57,559 nucleotides of DNA from an uncultured Eubacteriales bacterium (GCA_949282945.1 CASDQQ010000050.1:1-57559), one strand, 5' to 3'. Shown: positions 15,981 to 26,444, counted from the stretch's first letter. Numbers and translations are program-made. The notes: generated by a model from the sequence alone, not told the origin.

Positions 15981-17765
15981 ATGATCGACAAAAGAAAAAG
16001 GACTACAAAATATACTAATAAGAAAACTTCTTCTGCAAAGAAATCTTCCGCCCGTCGCAAAAATTCCGGGAAAAAGAAAAAAAGCGGCGGTAAGAACATT
16101 AATACTTCCAATATCTGTATAGCGCTTATAGCTTTAGCGGCGGTAATACTTATTTTTGTATCTGTAACTCTTATAAAAACTCTTTCCTATGACAGGATCT
16201 ATGAAGGAATATATATAAACGATACCAACGTGTCCCACATGACTAAAGAAGAGCTTCATCAGTATCTTGAAGAAACTTACGGGAAGCCTTTAGACAGCTC
16301 GGTATTGAGCATTTATTTCAGCGATTACCTTAAATGGGAACTGAAAGCTTCCGATCTCAATATAGAGTTTAATATAGACGCGATCGTAGAAGCCGTATAC
16401 AGTCACGGACATACCGGAAACATATTTAAAAGACTTGGCGAAATCAACTCTTTAAAAAACAACAACATACATATAAACGTTTTTGAGGAAGAATTTACCG
16501 AACCCCTGGTCTCCTATAACGAGGATATTGTGGATCAGCTCGTGGACGATATAATTTATAATTCCACCTGTTCTCCCGTACAGCATTCCGTTGAAATAAA
16601 CTATGCTTCTGTAAACATCGTGGCCGGCAGCAACGGCTATACTTTTACCGAAGAAAACGTAAAGTCCGCCATACTTTCAGCCATAAACAGCATGAAACTT
16701 TCTAGCATCAATATAAAGGAATACGGAGAAGCAACGGCGCCCGCAGAGCTCGATATAGATGAGATCGCCGCACAGATAAATAAAGAACCTGTGAACGCTT
16801 CGTATCATGTGGAAGATGACCGAAAAACTTTAACCATAAAACCTTTTGAAAATGGTTTTTCCGTTGACAAATCAGATTTGCAGGAAATTGCCCAAAAGCT
16901 GTCTACAGCTTCTGAAGGCGATACATTCAAGGTAAATATTACAAAAATTGAACCGGAAATAAAGTCTCTTGATATGCCGACTTACGAAGATATTCTCGGA
17001 ACCGGAAGCACCGATTTTTCCACCGGTTCCTCAAGCAAGAACAGAAATCATAATTTAAAGGTGGCTACAGATACTCTGGACGGATACATACTCCTTCCGG
17101 GCGAGCAGTTTTCCTTTAACACCTTTGTGGGAGACACTACAAAGGAGAAAGGCTATCTTCCTGCCGCAGGATACGCCGGCGGACGTGTTGTAGATACTTA
17201 CGGCGGAGGAATATGCCAGGTTTCCACCACACTTTACAATGCTGTCATAAATTCCGTAAATGTGGATGTGGACGTACGTTACAATCATTCGTCCACGGTA
17301 TCCTACGTTCCTTTTGGGCTTGATTGTATGATCAACTATGGAACAAACGACTTTAAATTTACCAACAATACAAATTACCCGATAATGATAGAAGGTATAT
17401 ATGACAAAACAGGTACGTTGACCTACAATATCAGAGGAGTTGACGAATACGACGATATAAAATATTTGTTTATAAGCACGGAAGATTCGGTAACAAAATA
17501 TAAGACAGTATACACTACCGACCGCACCCAGCTTCAAAGCGGCAAAAACGGCGGCAAGTACACCGTAACAAGAGTAACTTTAAAAAATGGAGTGGAGATT
17601 GCGCGCGAGGAGTTTTCTAAAAGCACCTACAGAGCAATGGACAGAGTAGTTCTGGATCCCTCCCTTGTAACGCCTAAGCCCTCCACACCTACTCCCGAGC
17701 CGGACATTACTCCGACGCCGACTATAACACCCGCTAGCATCCCATTTTATGGACAGTTGCTTTAA
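15981..17765 (+). CDS. VanW family membrane-anchored protein (peptidoglycan-binding, VanW and G5-like domains)
   Basis: Lys/Arg-rich N-terminus and one TM segment. VanW core with GGGICQVSTTLYNA. Pro/Thr-rich C-terminal tail. Confidence 0.8.
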   Translation: MIDKRKRTTKYTNKKTSSAKKSSARRKNSGKKKKSGGKNINTSNICIALIALAAVILIFVSVTLIKTLSYDRIYEGIYINDTNVSHMTKEELHQYLEETYGKPLDSSVLSIYFSDYLKWELKASDLNIEFNIDAIVEAVYSHGHTGNIFKRLGEINSLKNNNIHINVFEEEFTEPLVSYNEDIVDQLVDDIIYNSTCSPVQHSVEINYASVNIVAGSNGYTFTEENVKSAILSAINSMKLSSINIKEYGEATAPAELDIDEIAAQINKEPVNASYHVEDDRKTLTIKPFENGFSVDKSDLQEIAQKLSTASEGDTFKVNITKIEPEIKSLDMPTYEDILGTGSTDFSTGSSSKNRNHNLKVATDTLDGYILLPGEQFSFNTFVGDTTKEKGYLPAAGYAGGRVVDTYGGGICQVSTTLYNAVINSVNVDVDVRYNHSSTVSYVPFGLDCMINYGTNDFKFTNNTNYPIMIEGIYDKTGTLTYNIRGVDEYDDIKYLFISTEDSVTKYKTVYTTDRTQLQSGKNGGKYTVTRVTLKNGVEIAREEFSKSTYRAMDRVVLDPSLVTPKPSTPTPEPDITPTPTITPASIPFYGQLL

Positions 17766-17780
17766 TTACGGAGGAAGCTT

Positions 17781-18953
17781 ATGGAGGATATGATAAAATT
17801 TATACATTGCGCAGATATACATTTTGATACCGCCTTTTCTGAGCTTCCCGCAGAGAAAGCCGCTGTCCGCAGAGATGAGCTCAGAGAGGTTTTTTCCCGT
17901 ATAATAGAGCTTTGCAGATCAAAGGATGCCGACATTCTTTTAATTTCCGGAGATCTCTTTGACGGCGTAAAAGTTACGGATGAGACCGTGGCGTTTTTAA
18001 GGGATACTTTTGTTAAAATACCTGATGTACAAATTTTTATTTCTCCGGGAAATCATGATCCTTACATGCCCGGATCAAAATACGATCAGGTAGCTTTCCC
18101 GGAAAATGTACATATTTTTACGGACGACAAAATAAAAAAAATAAGTCTGGATTCCCTTAAACTGAATGTGTACGGAGCAGCTTTTACATCTCCTTATCTT
18201 GAAAAATCCCTTTTGGACGGATTTTCTCTTTCAAAAGAAGAACCTGGCGGAGAATATGCCAATATTCTGGTCATACATGGTGAAATTGTTTCTTCTGTCA
18301 GCCAGAATAATTGTTATAATCCGATACAAACATCAGATATAGCGGCCTCCGGCTTAGACTACATAGCCCTGGGACATAAACACACTTATTTTTTTGAAAA
18401 ATCGGCAAACACCTGTTACGCTTACTGCGGTTCCCCTGAAGGAAGAGGCTTTGACGAAACAGGGGAAAAGGGCATAATATACGGAGAAATATATAAGAAT
18501 CCTTTAAACCAGACAGTTGTAAAGCATGAATTTATACCATGCTGCCGCAGAGTATACAAAGAAATAAAAGCCGACCTTACAGGCTGCGCCACCCATGAAG
18601 AAGCGTTAGAGCGGATAAACCGGTTTATTGACAATCCGGACGATATTTATAAGATAATTCTCTGCGGTTCCCTGAAAAACGGTTTTCTTATCGACATGAA
18701 TATTTTACGGTCCCGTTTTTCCGATAAATGCTTTTTTATAAAATTCAGGAACGCCACATCCACAGAAGTAGATCTGGAAGCCCTTTCAAAAGAAACTATG
18801 CTAAAAGGCGTCTTTGCCAAAAGGATGCTGCTGAAAATAGAAGAAGCCTCTAAAAGAGGGGATGACAAAAACGTAAAGCTTTATACTGACGCGCTTGCGT
18901 TCGGACTTAAAGCATTTGAAGGAGATGTCCCTTATGATAATCAAATCACTTAA
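17781..18953 (+). CDS. SbcD/Mre11-type metallophosphoesterase DNA repair exonuclease (YhaO-like)
   Basis: FIHCADIHFD, SGDLFD, GNHD and GHKH calcineurin-like phosphoesterase motifs. GGAGG lies 6 nt before the ATG. Followed by a Rad50-like ATPase gene. Confidence 0.8.
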   Translation: MEDMIKFIHCADIHFDTAFSELPAEKAAVRRDELREVFSRIIELCRSKDADILLISGDLFDGVKVTDETVAFLRDTFVKIPDVQIFISPGNHDPYMPGSKYDQVAFPENVHIFTDDKIKKISLDSLKLNVYGAAFTSPYLEKSLLDGFSLSKEEPGGEYANILVIHGEIVSSVSQNNCYNPIQTSDIAASGLDYIALGHKHTYFFEKSANTCYAYCGSPEGRGFDETGEKGIIYGEIYKNPLNQTVVKHEFIPCCRRVYKEIKADLTGCATHEEALERINRFIDNPDDIYKIILCGSLKNGFLIDMNILRSRFSDKCFFIKFRNATSTEVDLEALSKETMLKGVFAKRMLLKIEEASKRGDDKNVKLYTDALAFGLKAFEGDVPYDNQIT

Positions 18954-21519
18954 GATATACGGATTTGGAAAACATAAAAATTTCGATATAAAATTTTCCG
19001 ACGGGCTTAACATAGTTTACGGCTCCAACGAAGCCGGCAAAAGCACTTTGCAGGCATTTATAAAAGCAATGTTTTACGGTTTCGGTCCAAGTAAAAGGAA
19101 CGTGGCGGAAAATCCCAGAAAAAAATATACTCCGTGGAATACGGACATTATGGGCGGCGAAATCATTTTTCAGCACAATAGCATGGAATATTCCCTTATC
19201 CGCAAATTCGGCGATAGCAAAAGCAAGGATAAAGTGGTAATGAGCCTTACCTCTGACGGAGCGCCTATAGCCCTGAATTCTAAAAGCGAGCCGGGAGAAT
19301 TTCTTTTTAACATTTCCCAGGCTACTTTTGAAAGTACTCTTTTCGTAGGACAATTAGATTCAAAGATAGATTCCGATAAGGCCAAGAACAGCGATATTTT
19401 GAGCAAGCTTTCCAATCTGGCCGGAACAGGAGACGAAAGTGTAAACATAAACTTTATAGAAGGAAATTTGACCAGATCTATGAATGCCATTCACTCGGCA
19501 AGAGGACAAAACGGACTGGCCGACAAGCTAAAGGTAAGGATTTCTCAGCTTAATGAGGAACTTGAGGCGTTTAACAGCGCTAAAAATACATCTTTAAGGA
19601 TAATGAACGATCTCAGCGTTTATACCGCAAGAAAAGAATCCATCATAGAAGATATAGAAAAATGTAAAAAGCAGATTAGAGCCGCAGAAATAAACGATAT
19701 CATCCAGGAATTTAACAAGATAAAGGAGCAAAAAAATAAACAGGCCGTACAGGAAAGACTTCTGAAAGAGGTAAAGGCTCTTCTAACCGTAAACGGCAGG
19801 ACTATAGACAGGATATTCTACGAAGAATGCCTGAAGGATTTCGAGCTATTGGAAAATGCCGAAAACAAACTTTCCGGTCCGGACAGCAAGCTTTCTTCCG
19901 CAAAAGAAACTTTATCCTCCATAGACGAAAAGCTTTCTTCCCTTGAATACATAAATCACTTTGATATTGAAGTCTTTGAAGAACTTATATCTTTAAAAAA
20001 CGAGCTTTCTCGCTCTATAGAAAAAAAGAAAAATCTTGATTTGCGTTTAACCGACGCTCTGGTGGATATGGACTCAAAAACAGCGTCCCTTAAAACTTCT
20101 GCTAAAAATCTTTTTTTAAGAATACTTCCTTTTATAATTTCCGGAGGGTTATGCGCAGCCGGAGCCGTGCTCTTTAAAACTCTGCCCGTTCCTTCCTACA
20201 TAATGTGGGGATCAGCCGGCCTGATCCTTCTTGTCCTGCTTTCTTATTACATAATAAAAAGCGGTAAAAATAAAGAAAGAAAAACCGCTCTCATGGAGTC
20301 AAAAGCTGAGGTAGAAAAGCTTAACGGAATGCAAAAAGAACTTGAGGAAGATATAAAGCAGTTTATATGCTCAAAAAGTGAAGCTGCCCAGAATAAGATT
20401 CGCGAGATATTTTCCGGCGAGGATATTTCTCTAAACAGTCTTGAGCATAAATACACCCTTATTTCCAAGCATATTTCCTCAGAACTGGAAAATCTTAACT
20501 GCATTTCAAGTGAAGATATAAGAAACAAACTTGCTATATATAACTCTTATAAAGTTCAAAAAGAAGAAGTACTGATAAATATAGCTTCTCTTAGCGAAGA
20601 GTATAAGAGGTACGAAAAAATGAGCTGCGACGTAACCTCTGACTTTTTTAATAAATATTCAGATATTTTTCCCCTTGCCTCCATAGAGGACATAAGAGAC
20701 GGTTTACAAAATATTTTTCATAATCTTAATCGCTATGATTCTCTTAATACGGAGCTCAAATACTCCAACGACTATTTGAGGAATCTGCTTAAAGGCCGCT
20801 CTTTTGAAGAGTTACAGAAAAACGCCGAGGCTTATACAGACGGAGACCTTTCTGGCCTTGATATTCCTTCAGACCCGGCTTTGGTGGCCTCCGAACTTGA
20901 GTCTTTAGAAAAAGATCTCAATAATATCAAAGAGGCCATATCGGATACTAACGTGCGCATAGCCTCCAATTTTAAGTTTTCCCGGGACGAATCAGAAATT
21001 ATATCAGATATTAACGAGCTTTCTGAATATTCGGAAAACCTTGAATATCAGTACAACTGCATGAAGATCGCAAAAGATACTATTAAAGAGGCCTTTGAAG
21101 AGGTTCAGCAGAGTTTCGGACCCAAATTGAACAACAGAGCTTCTGAAATTTTAAACACTATAAAACCGGATAATCCTGTATCTATAAAGGTCAGCAGAGA
21201 TTTTAACATTACTTTAAGCCCCAGGGACAGTTTGCTTCCTTACGATATAGATTACTTTAGCTACGGCGCTCAGGACCAGGCTTATTTCGCTCTCAGAATG
21301 GCTATCTCAGATATCCTTTCGGCAGATTTTGAAGGCTTTCCCCTGCTTTTGGACGACCCGTTTGTACAATACGACGAAAAACGGATGCAGTACGCCGTAA
21401 ACTTTCTTTCTGAAGTATCAAAGACAAGACAGGTGTTCATATTTACATGTCACAAAAATGTGGCCGAATATTCCGGACATCAGGGCGCAAACCTGTATGA
21501 AATGGGGAAAATAAGCTGA
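18934..21519 (+). CDS. SMC/Rad50-like AAA ATPase (YhaN-like) with a central membrane hairpin
   Basis: IYGFGKH..GSNEAGKST Walker A, long coiled-coil regions, C-terminal PLLLDDPFVQYD Walker B. Two hydrophobic helices are encoded at ~20104-20275. ATG 18934 (MIIKSLKIYGFG) overlaps the end of the nuclease gene by 20 nt. Confidence 0.8.
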   Translation: MIIKSLKIYGFGKHKNFDIKFSDGLNIVYGSNEAGKSTLQAFIKAMFYGFGPSKRNVAENPRKKYTPWNTDIMGGEIIFQHNSMEYSLIRKFGDSKSKDKVVMSLTSDGAPIALNSKSEPGEFLFNISQATFESTLFVGQLDSKIDSDKAKNSDILSKLSNLAGTGDESVNINFIEGNLTRSMNAIHSARGQNGLADKLKVRISQLNEELEAFNSAKNTSLRIMNDLSVYTARKESIIEDIEKCKKQIRAAEINDIIQEFNKIKEQKNKQAVQERLLKEVKALLTVNGRTIDRIFYEECLKDFELLENAENKLSGPDSKLSSAKETLSSIDEKLSSLEYINHFDIEVFEELISLKNELSRSIEKKKNLDLRLTDALVDMDSKTASLKTSAKNLFLRILPFIISGGLCAAGAVLFKTLPVPSYIMWGSAGLILLVLLSYYIIKSGKNKERKTALMESKAEVEKLNGMQKELEEDIKQFICSKSEAAQNKIREIFSGEDISLNSLEHKYTLISKHISSELENLNCISSEDIRNKLAIYNSYKVQKEEVLINIASLSEEYKRYEKMSCDVTSDFFNKYSDIFPLASIEDIRDGLQNIFHNLNRYDSLNTELKYSNDYLRNLLKGRSFEELQKNAEAYTDGDLSGLDIPSDPALVASELESLEKDLNNIKEAISDTNVRIASNFKFSRDESEIISDINELSEYSENLEYQYNCMKIAKDTIKEAFEEVQQSFGPKLNNRASEILNTIKPDNPVSIKVSRDFNITLSPRDSLLPYDIDYFSYGAQDQAYFALRMAISDILSADFEGFPLLLDDPFVQYDEKRMQYAVNFLSEVSKTRQVFIFTCHKNVAEYSGHQGANLYEMGKIS

Positions 21520-21643
21520 CCATAACATCACTTTAAATATCTGTCTTTATAAAAAATCCTTATGGCTAGACTTTTAGCCATGCGCAGATTGTCGCTCTGT
21601 CTACGTATTTTGCCTTGCCGCAAATCTGTTTTATATAAAAATC

Positions 21644-21682
21644 AAATTTCACAGGATGTTTTCTTAACATCCTGTGAAATTT
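21644..21682. terminator. Bidirectional terminator between convergent genes
   Basis: Perfect 17-bp inverted repeat AAATTTCACAGGATGTT / AACATCCTGTGAAATTT with a 5-nt loop and A/T runs on both sides. It sits between the YhaN-like gene (+) and the AMP-ligase gene (-). Confidence 0.8.
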
Positions 21683-21703
21683 AAAATAAGCTGCTTTATA
21701 TAT

Positions 21704-23452
21704 TTATCTTATTTTCTTAAATCTTCCGCTCCCAGATTCTATCTGCTTTTTTATTTCAGCTCTCTTTACCTTTATACCATTGGAAAGCGGCAGTGGGTCA
21801 TTTGTTATAAGCGCGCTGTTTATCTTTTTAAACACTGGAAGGTTGGAATTTCTTTCGTTTATGGCGTCGGTAAGCTTTGAAATATATTCGATATCCGCAA
21901 GTTCATTGGAGCTTTCAAGTACAAGGGTTATATCCTCGTATTTGCCGCCCTTCTCCTTTGCTATGCCCACGATAGAAAACTGATTTATTCCCTCGAGCCC
22001 AGTAAAATAATCTTCAATTTCATCGGGATATACATTTTCTCCCGACTCGTTTATTATGATCTCTTTAAGTCTTCCTTCTATGTATAAAGCTCCGTTTTCC
22101 AATCTTCCAATATCTCCTGTGGAAAACCATCCTTCATCGTCAAGCTGCGGAGGGATCTGTTCTCCATTTACCATCATTCCCGTATGAAGAGATGACCCCC
22201 TCATCTTAAGCTCACCTACATTGGGCTTTTCAGGATTATCAGAAACTATTTTATATTCCACGCAGTTAAGAGGCAGCCCCACGCATCCGGAGAGCCTTCT
22301 TTCAATACGGGAATCTATGTCCACCGATGAAACTCCAACTTCCGTCATTCCGAAACCGCATACAGTATAATATCCTATGGCGTTTATTATCCTCAAAGTT
22401 TCCGGAAGTACATGTCCCCCTCCGCTTATTATCAGTTCCAGGCTAGTTCCCACCAAGCTGTCCAAGACCGACTTTTTAAACATTTTCTTAGCCAGGACTA
22501 TTCCCTTCTCAGGGTTTATCTTCTGAGCCCAGAGGCTTATAGAACACATACATTTAAACGCGGTCTGCTTAAATTTAGATTCTTTTGCCAGTTTTCTGTT
22601 TATGCCCGCCACGATATTGTTTATCAACAGGGGCACTGCCAATATATGGGTCACTCCATGTTCACGGCAGGTAGTCAAAAGCTGGGACGGAGCCTTTCCT
22701 GCGGGAAAGACAAGAGTTCCCCCAAAAAAGGAATACCAAAGGTAGCTTGCCAAAAAGCCAAATATATGATGAAATGGCAAAAACGCTAAATTTTTTACAG
22801 GTCTGTCTGAAAGAAATCTCTCATTTTCCTCAATGATCTGTTTTGCTCCAAGTATCTGGTGCCCCATGGCTTCTCCGTTATATGTATAAACCTTCGCCGT
22901 GCTTGTGGTCCCGGAAGTACACAGAGCAATTTCGTCAGCCCAACTATAAGCGGATATTCTATCCTTATAATTTCCTTCCGGCTTTTGAGTCTTAGCCAAT
23001 ACGTAAATTTCCTCTCTATCGCACTTTATCAGTTCATCCGCCTGTATAGAAACTGTCCCGCGGCCCGTATCTTCCTGTTCTGCCGAAATTATAGCCACTG
23101 CTCCGGCCTGCCTGATAAAGAATTGAGTAATCTGCTGGCCATGTCTGTAGTCAATCAAAAAAGGCTTAAATCCTGCCATCATTATACCCCAGAAAATACA
23201 TGGCCATTCCGGACAGTTGTCCAGTTTAAGGGCCACAAAGCCTTCTTTCGTACCGTCTAATTTCTTAATCAGATTGTCGGCTATGTGTTTTACCGGAAGT
23301 TCAAGTTCCCCAAACGAAATCTTCTTTATCTCTCCGCGCAGCTTATATTCAAGCGCCGTTCTTTCTCCGTGGCTAAGAAAAATATCGAAGATATTTCTAT
23401 AGGACAGTTCTTTTTCCATCCTCTCCAAACAGCCTAACGAATATTCAATCAT
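21704..23452 (-). CDS. AMP-dependent synthetase/ligase (acyl-CoA synthetase-like)
   Basis: CTSGTTSTAK (variant of the TSGTTGxPK motif), GFGMTE and GDIGRLENGALYIEGRLKEII adenylate-forming enzyme motifs. ATG 23452 (MIEYSLG) with GGAGG 8 nt upstream. The 43-codon upstream extension of the listed ORF was rejected. Confidence 0.75.
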   Translation of the reverse strand: MIEYSLGCLERMEKELSYRNIFDIFLSHGERTALEYKLRGEIKKISFGELELPVKHIADNLIKKLDGTKEGFVALKLDNCPEWPCIFWGIMMAGFKPFLIDYRHGQQITQFFIRQAGAVAIISAEQEDTGRGTVSIQADELIKCDREEIYVLAKTQKPEGNYKDRISAYSWADEIALCTSGTTSTAKVYTYNGEAMGHQILGAKQIIEENERFLSDRPVKNLAFLPFHHIFGFLASYLWYSFFGGTLVFPAGKAPSQLLTTCREHGVTHILAVPLLINNIVAGINRKLAKESKFKQTAFKCMCSISLWAQKINPEKGIVLAKKMFKKSVLDSLVGTSLELIISGGGHVLPETLRIINAIGYYTVCGFGMTEVGVSSVDIDSRIERRLSGCVGLPLNCVEYKIVSDNPEKPNVGELKMRGSSLHTGMMVNGEQIPPQLDDEGWFSTGDIGRLENGALYIEGRLKEIIINESGENVYPDEIEDYFTGLEGINQFSIVGIAKEKGGKYEDITLVLESSNELADIEYISKLTDAINERNSNLPVFKKINSALITNDPLPLSNGIKVKRAEIKKQIESGSGRFKKIR

Positions 23453-23608
23453 TTTTTCTTCCTCCAAAATAATAAAAAATAATAAGTCCGTGAGATATTT
23501 TATCATAAATATCAGGGTATGTGTACTAAAAAATAATTTTGTCCCATATCCCACTATATTTAATATCCCAATCGCATTCACTCATATAATATATATGTTC
23601 TAAAACCC

Positions 23609-23638
23609 TTGTCAAATCTCAAAAAATCATAGTATAAT
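23609..23638 (+). promoter_or_regulatory. Putative sigma-A promoter of the zapA operon
   Basis: TTGTCA (23609-23614), 18-nt spacer, TATAAT (23633-23638), 50 nt upstream of the zapA ATG. Confidence 0.45.
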
Positions 23639-23688
23639 ATTGATAATAATACATGTATTAAAATCTAACCAAAGAGGAGCGGATTAAA

Positions 23689-24078
23689 ATGTCTGAAAAA
23701 ACAAAAGTAACAGTTCAAATCAACGGCCGTGACGTAACTTTAGTTCACGATGAATCTGACGACTACATACAGAGGATCGTTCTTTATTTAAACAACAAAA
23801 TCCAGGCTCTGACCAAAGGCGGAGTAAAGATGAACGAAGCCGCGGAGTTGGCTTTGACATCCATAACGATAACTGACGAGCTCTTTAAAGCTCAGAAAAA
23901 TTATGTAGCCGTAAAAAATGAAGTAAAAAGGCTCATGGATGAATATGAGGAATTAAAACGCACTAACAGTCTTCTTAACGAACAGATAGAGCAGCTTCTT
24001 TCTAAAGTGGACCAACTGGAAAAGGACATATTAAAAAAGGACGTTCAGCTCAGCAACGCAAATAAAAACAGAACATGA
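23689..24078 (+). CDS. zapA: Cell division protein ZapA
   Basis: VTVQINGRDVTLVHDESDDYIQRIVLYLNNKI N-terminal ZapA fold pattern followed by a C-terminal coiled coil. AGAGGAG RBS. Confidence 0.8.
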   Translation: MSEKTKVTVQINGRDVTLVHDESDDYIQRIVLYLNNKIQALTKGGVKMNEAAELALTSITITDELFKAQKNYVAVKNEVKRLMDEYEELKRTNSLLNEQIEQLLSKVDQLEKDILKKDVQLSNANKNRT

Positions 24079-26444
24079 TAACGGAGCTTTTATCCCCCGC
24101 CGGAAGTCCGGAGGCTTTAAATGCGGCGGTAGAGAATGGCGCCGATGCAGTATATTTAGGAGGCAGATTGTTTAACGCAAGACAATATGCCTCTAATTTT
24201 GATGATCTGCAATTAGAAAAAGCTATAGATTACGCCCATTTAAGGAACGTAAAAGTATATTTGACATTAAACACGCTGATAAAGCAAGATGAACTGGAAG
24301 AAGCCGTCTCCTATGCCGCCAGGGCTTACAATATGGGAATTGACGCGGCTATAGTCCAGGACCTGGGCTTCGCCCTTCTCTTAAAGGAATTTGTTCCCGG
24401 CCTTAGGCTGCACGCAAGTACTCAAATGACGTCATACAGTTGCCAGGGAGCGGAACTTTTATATAAACTGGGTTTTGAACGAGTAGTTCTGGCAAGAGAA
24501 CTTTCCCTAAAAGAAATATCTGAGATTAAAAGCCGTGTTCCCATACAAACAGAGATATTTATCCACGGAGCTTTATGCATATGCTATTCAGGACAATGCC
24601 TTTTAAGCAGTTCAATAGGGAAAAGCCTGTCAAGGAGCGGAAACAGGGGTACCTGCGCCCAACCCTGCAGAATGAAATATTCCCTTTGTGATAATTTCGG
24701 CAAAAAGATAGACGACGGCTATCTTCTCAGCGCCAAAGATATAAATTCCATAGAATTTTTAAAAAATATCATAGAATCAGGCGCGGATTCCCTTAAAATA
24801 GAAGGAAGAATGAAATCTCCCGAATATGTTGGAATAATTACGTCAAAATATAGAAAAGCTCTGGACTATATACAAGGTATATCTCCTTCTAACATAACTG
24901 AGAACGATATAAAAGAAATCTGCCAGATATTTAACAGAGGAGGCTTTTCCAAAGGATATTTTTACGGAAAAGACCCTTTAAATACAGTTTATAAAAAAAC
25001 ACCTAAAAATATGGGATTACCTCTTGGCAAGGTTATTTCGGCCAACCCGAAACTTTCTTCTGTTTTTGTGTCTTTAGAAGAGGATATAAGTATAGGCGAC
25101 GGAATTGAGATCCTTACAGAAAGTGAAAAAAAGCCCGGCGGTATCATAAGCGGGATTTCTCTAAACGGAAAGCTTGTAAAATCTGCCAGTAAAGGACAAA
25201 CGGCAACTCTCTCAAGAATAAGCCTAAAAGACTCAAAAAGAATCCCGGCAGGTTCAAGAGTCATAAAGACCTCCGATAAAGAGCTTTTGACCAGAGTCTC
25301 TCAAACCTACAGAGAAGGCTCTTGCATAAAAAAGATACCACTAGACGCAGAGCTCGTTTTTAGAGAAAATGCTCCTCTTGAGTTTACTCTCCGCTCGGAA
25401 AATATCTCTTTCAGCGGCAAAAGTTTGATTTTTCCTGTAAAAGCCGTGTCTTCAGGTATAACCAGAGAAAGTCTCTCCTCCAGATTTTTAAGGACAGATA
25501 CTTTTCCTTTTCTTCCCACAATAAAAAAACTGACGTTTGAGGAAAATCTGTTTATTCCTGTATCGGAAATAAACAGACTTAGAAGGCACGTATATTCGGG
25601 TATATCAGAGCTGCTTATAAAATCCGGCAAGCCGGCGCTTCCGGCAAACAGTTCCGAAATAAAACTTTATAGTCCTTTCCATGTTGGCAGCGAGGTAAAC
25701 GCTTCTAAAACCACTCAGGCTACCCTGTACTTTTTTCTTCCGGAGCGTTTAAAGGATGTTCCCCAAAATATTTTAAGGCTTACTGATAATTTATTGATAC
25801 CTTTAAATTTTTTTACAAAAAAAAATACTGATACGATTAAAAGAATCAAGGCCCAGGGAGTTAAGATCACAGCCTTGCTTCCTCCGGTTACAAAGGAAAC
25901 GGACCAGAATTTTAAAGACGCCAATTTTGAATCCGCCGACGCATTTATGGCAGGAACTCTTGGCGCTATAGAACTTATAAAAAATTATGGCAAACCTGTT
26001 TACGGAGATTACGGACTTAATATATTTAACAGCTTTTCCGTAAAAGCCCTTGAAAATATGAGAATCTCTAAGTTTTCTCTGTCTCCTGAGAGCGACAACA
26101 TCGGGAAAAATATTTTTCCGGCCGCCAGTTCCGAAATAACAGTATACGGAAAAATACCTGTTATGGTCAGCGAATACTGCCCCATAGGAGCTCATTACGG
26201 CAAATATAAGTGCAAAGCCGGGGGCACTTTACAATACTGTCTCGTAGATAAAAAAGGAGAAAAATACCCTATTTTATGCGACAGTAAAAATTGCCGCCCT
26301 CAAATTTTAAGCTCCGGGTCCGTAGATATGACAGGCAGACTTGCTAAACTTAGAAATCAAGGCTATATAAATTTCAGAATAAATATATATAATGAAGATT
26401 TTTGCAAAACGGAGGAAATATTATGGAAAATAAAAAAGTTGTAA
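24075..26444 (+). CDS. U32 family protein (long form, collagenase-like peptidase / putative Fe-S hydroxylase family)
   Basis: ELLSPAGS..A..NGADAVY N-terminus, E.FIHGALCICYSGQCLLSS and GTCAQPCR cysteine cluster, and KIEGRMK motif, all typical of U32. The ATG overlaps the zapA stop (ATGA). Confidence 0.8.
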   Translation: MITELLSPAGSPEALNAAVENGADAVYLGGRLFNARQYASNFDDLQLEKAIDYAHLRNVKVYLTLNTLIKQDELEEAVSYAARAYNMGIDAAIVQDLGFALLLKEFVPGLRLHASTQMTSYSCQGAELLYKLGFERVVLARELSLKEISEIKSRVPIQTEIFIHGALCICYSGQCLLSSSIGKSLSRSGNRGTCAQPCRMKYSLCDNFGKKIDDGYLLSAKDINSIEFLKNIIESGADSLKIEGRMKSPEYVGIITSKYRKALDYIQGISPSNITENDIKEICQIFNRGGFSKGYFYGKDPLNTVYKKTPKNMGLPLGKVISANPKLSSVFVSLEEDISIGDGIEILTESEKKPGGIISGISLNGKLVKSASKGQTATLSRISLKDSKRIPAGSRVIKTSDKELLTRVSQTYREGSCIKKIPLDAELVFRENAPLEFTLRSENISFSGKSLIFPVKAVSSGITRESLSSRFLRTDTFPFLPTIKKLTFEENLFIPVSEINRLRRHVYSGISELLIKSGKPALPANSSEIKLYSPFHVGSEVNASKTTQATLYFFLPERLKDVPQNILRLTDNLLIPLNFFTKKNTDTIKRIKAQGVKITALLPPVTKETDQNFKDANFESADAFMAGTLGAIELIKNYGKPVYGDYGLNIFNSFSVKALENMRISKFSLSPESDNIGKNIFPAASSEITVYGKIPVMVSEYCPIGAHYGKYKCKAGGTLQYCLVDKKGEKYPILCDSKNCRPQILSSGSVDMTGRLAKLRNQGYINFRINIYNEDFCKTEEILWKIKKL

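Noticed and set aside
17781-21519. Metallophosphoesterase plus SMC-like ATPase pair considered as an anti-phage module (Lamassu/Wadjet/Gabija-like)
   Set aside because: The two-gene Mre11/Rad50-like architecture matches the conserved yhaO-yhaN type repair pair of Firmicutes. There is no third effector or specificity component, no mobile-element context, and housekeeping genes flank it.
21562-21684. 40-codon + strand ORF (MARLLAMRRLSLCLRILPCRK...) in the convergent intergenic region
   Set aside because: There is no Shine-Dalgarno sequence upstream. It reads straight through the 17-bp terminator hairpin, so it is most likely non-coding 3' UTR.
23453-23581. 43-codon N-terminal extension of the AMP-ligase ORF in the ORF track
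   Set aside because: A strong GGAGG lies 8 nt before the internal ATG 23452, which gives a family-typical N-terminus. The extension is hydrophobic, AT-rich sequence that is more plausibly the divergent promoter region shared with zapA.
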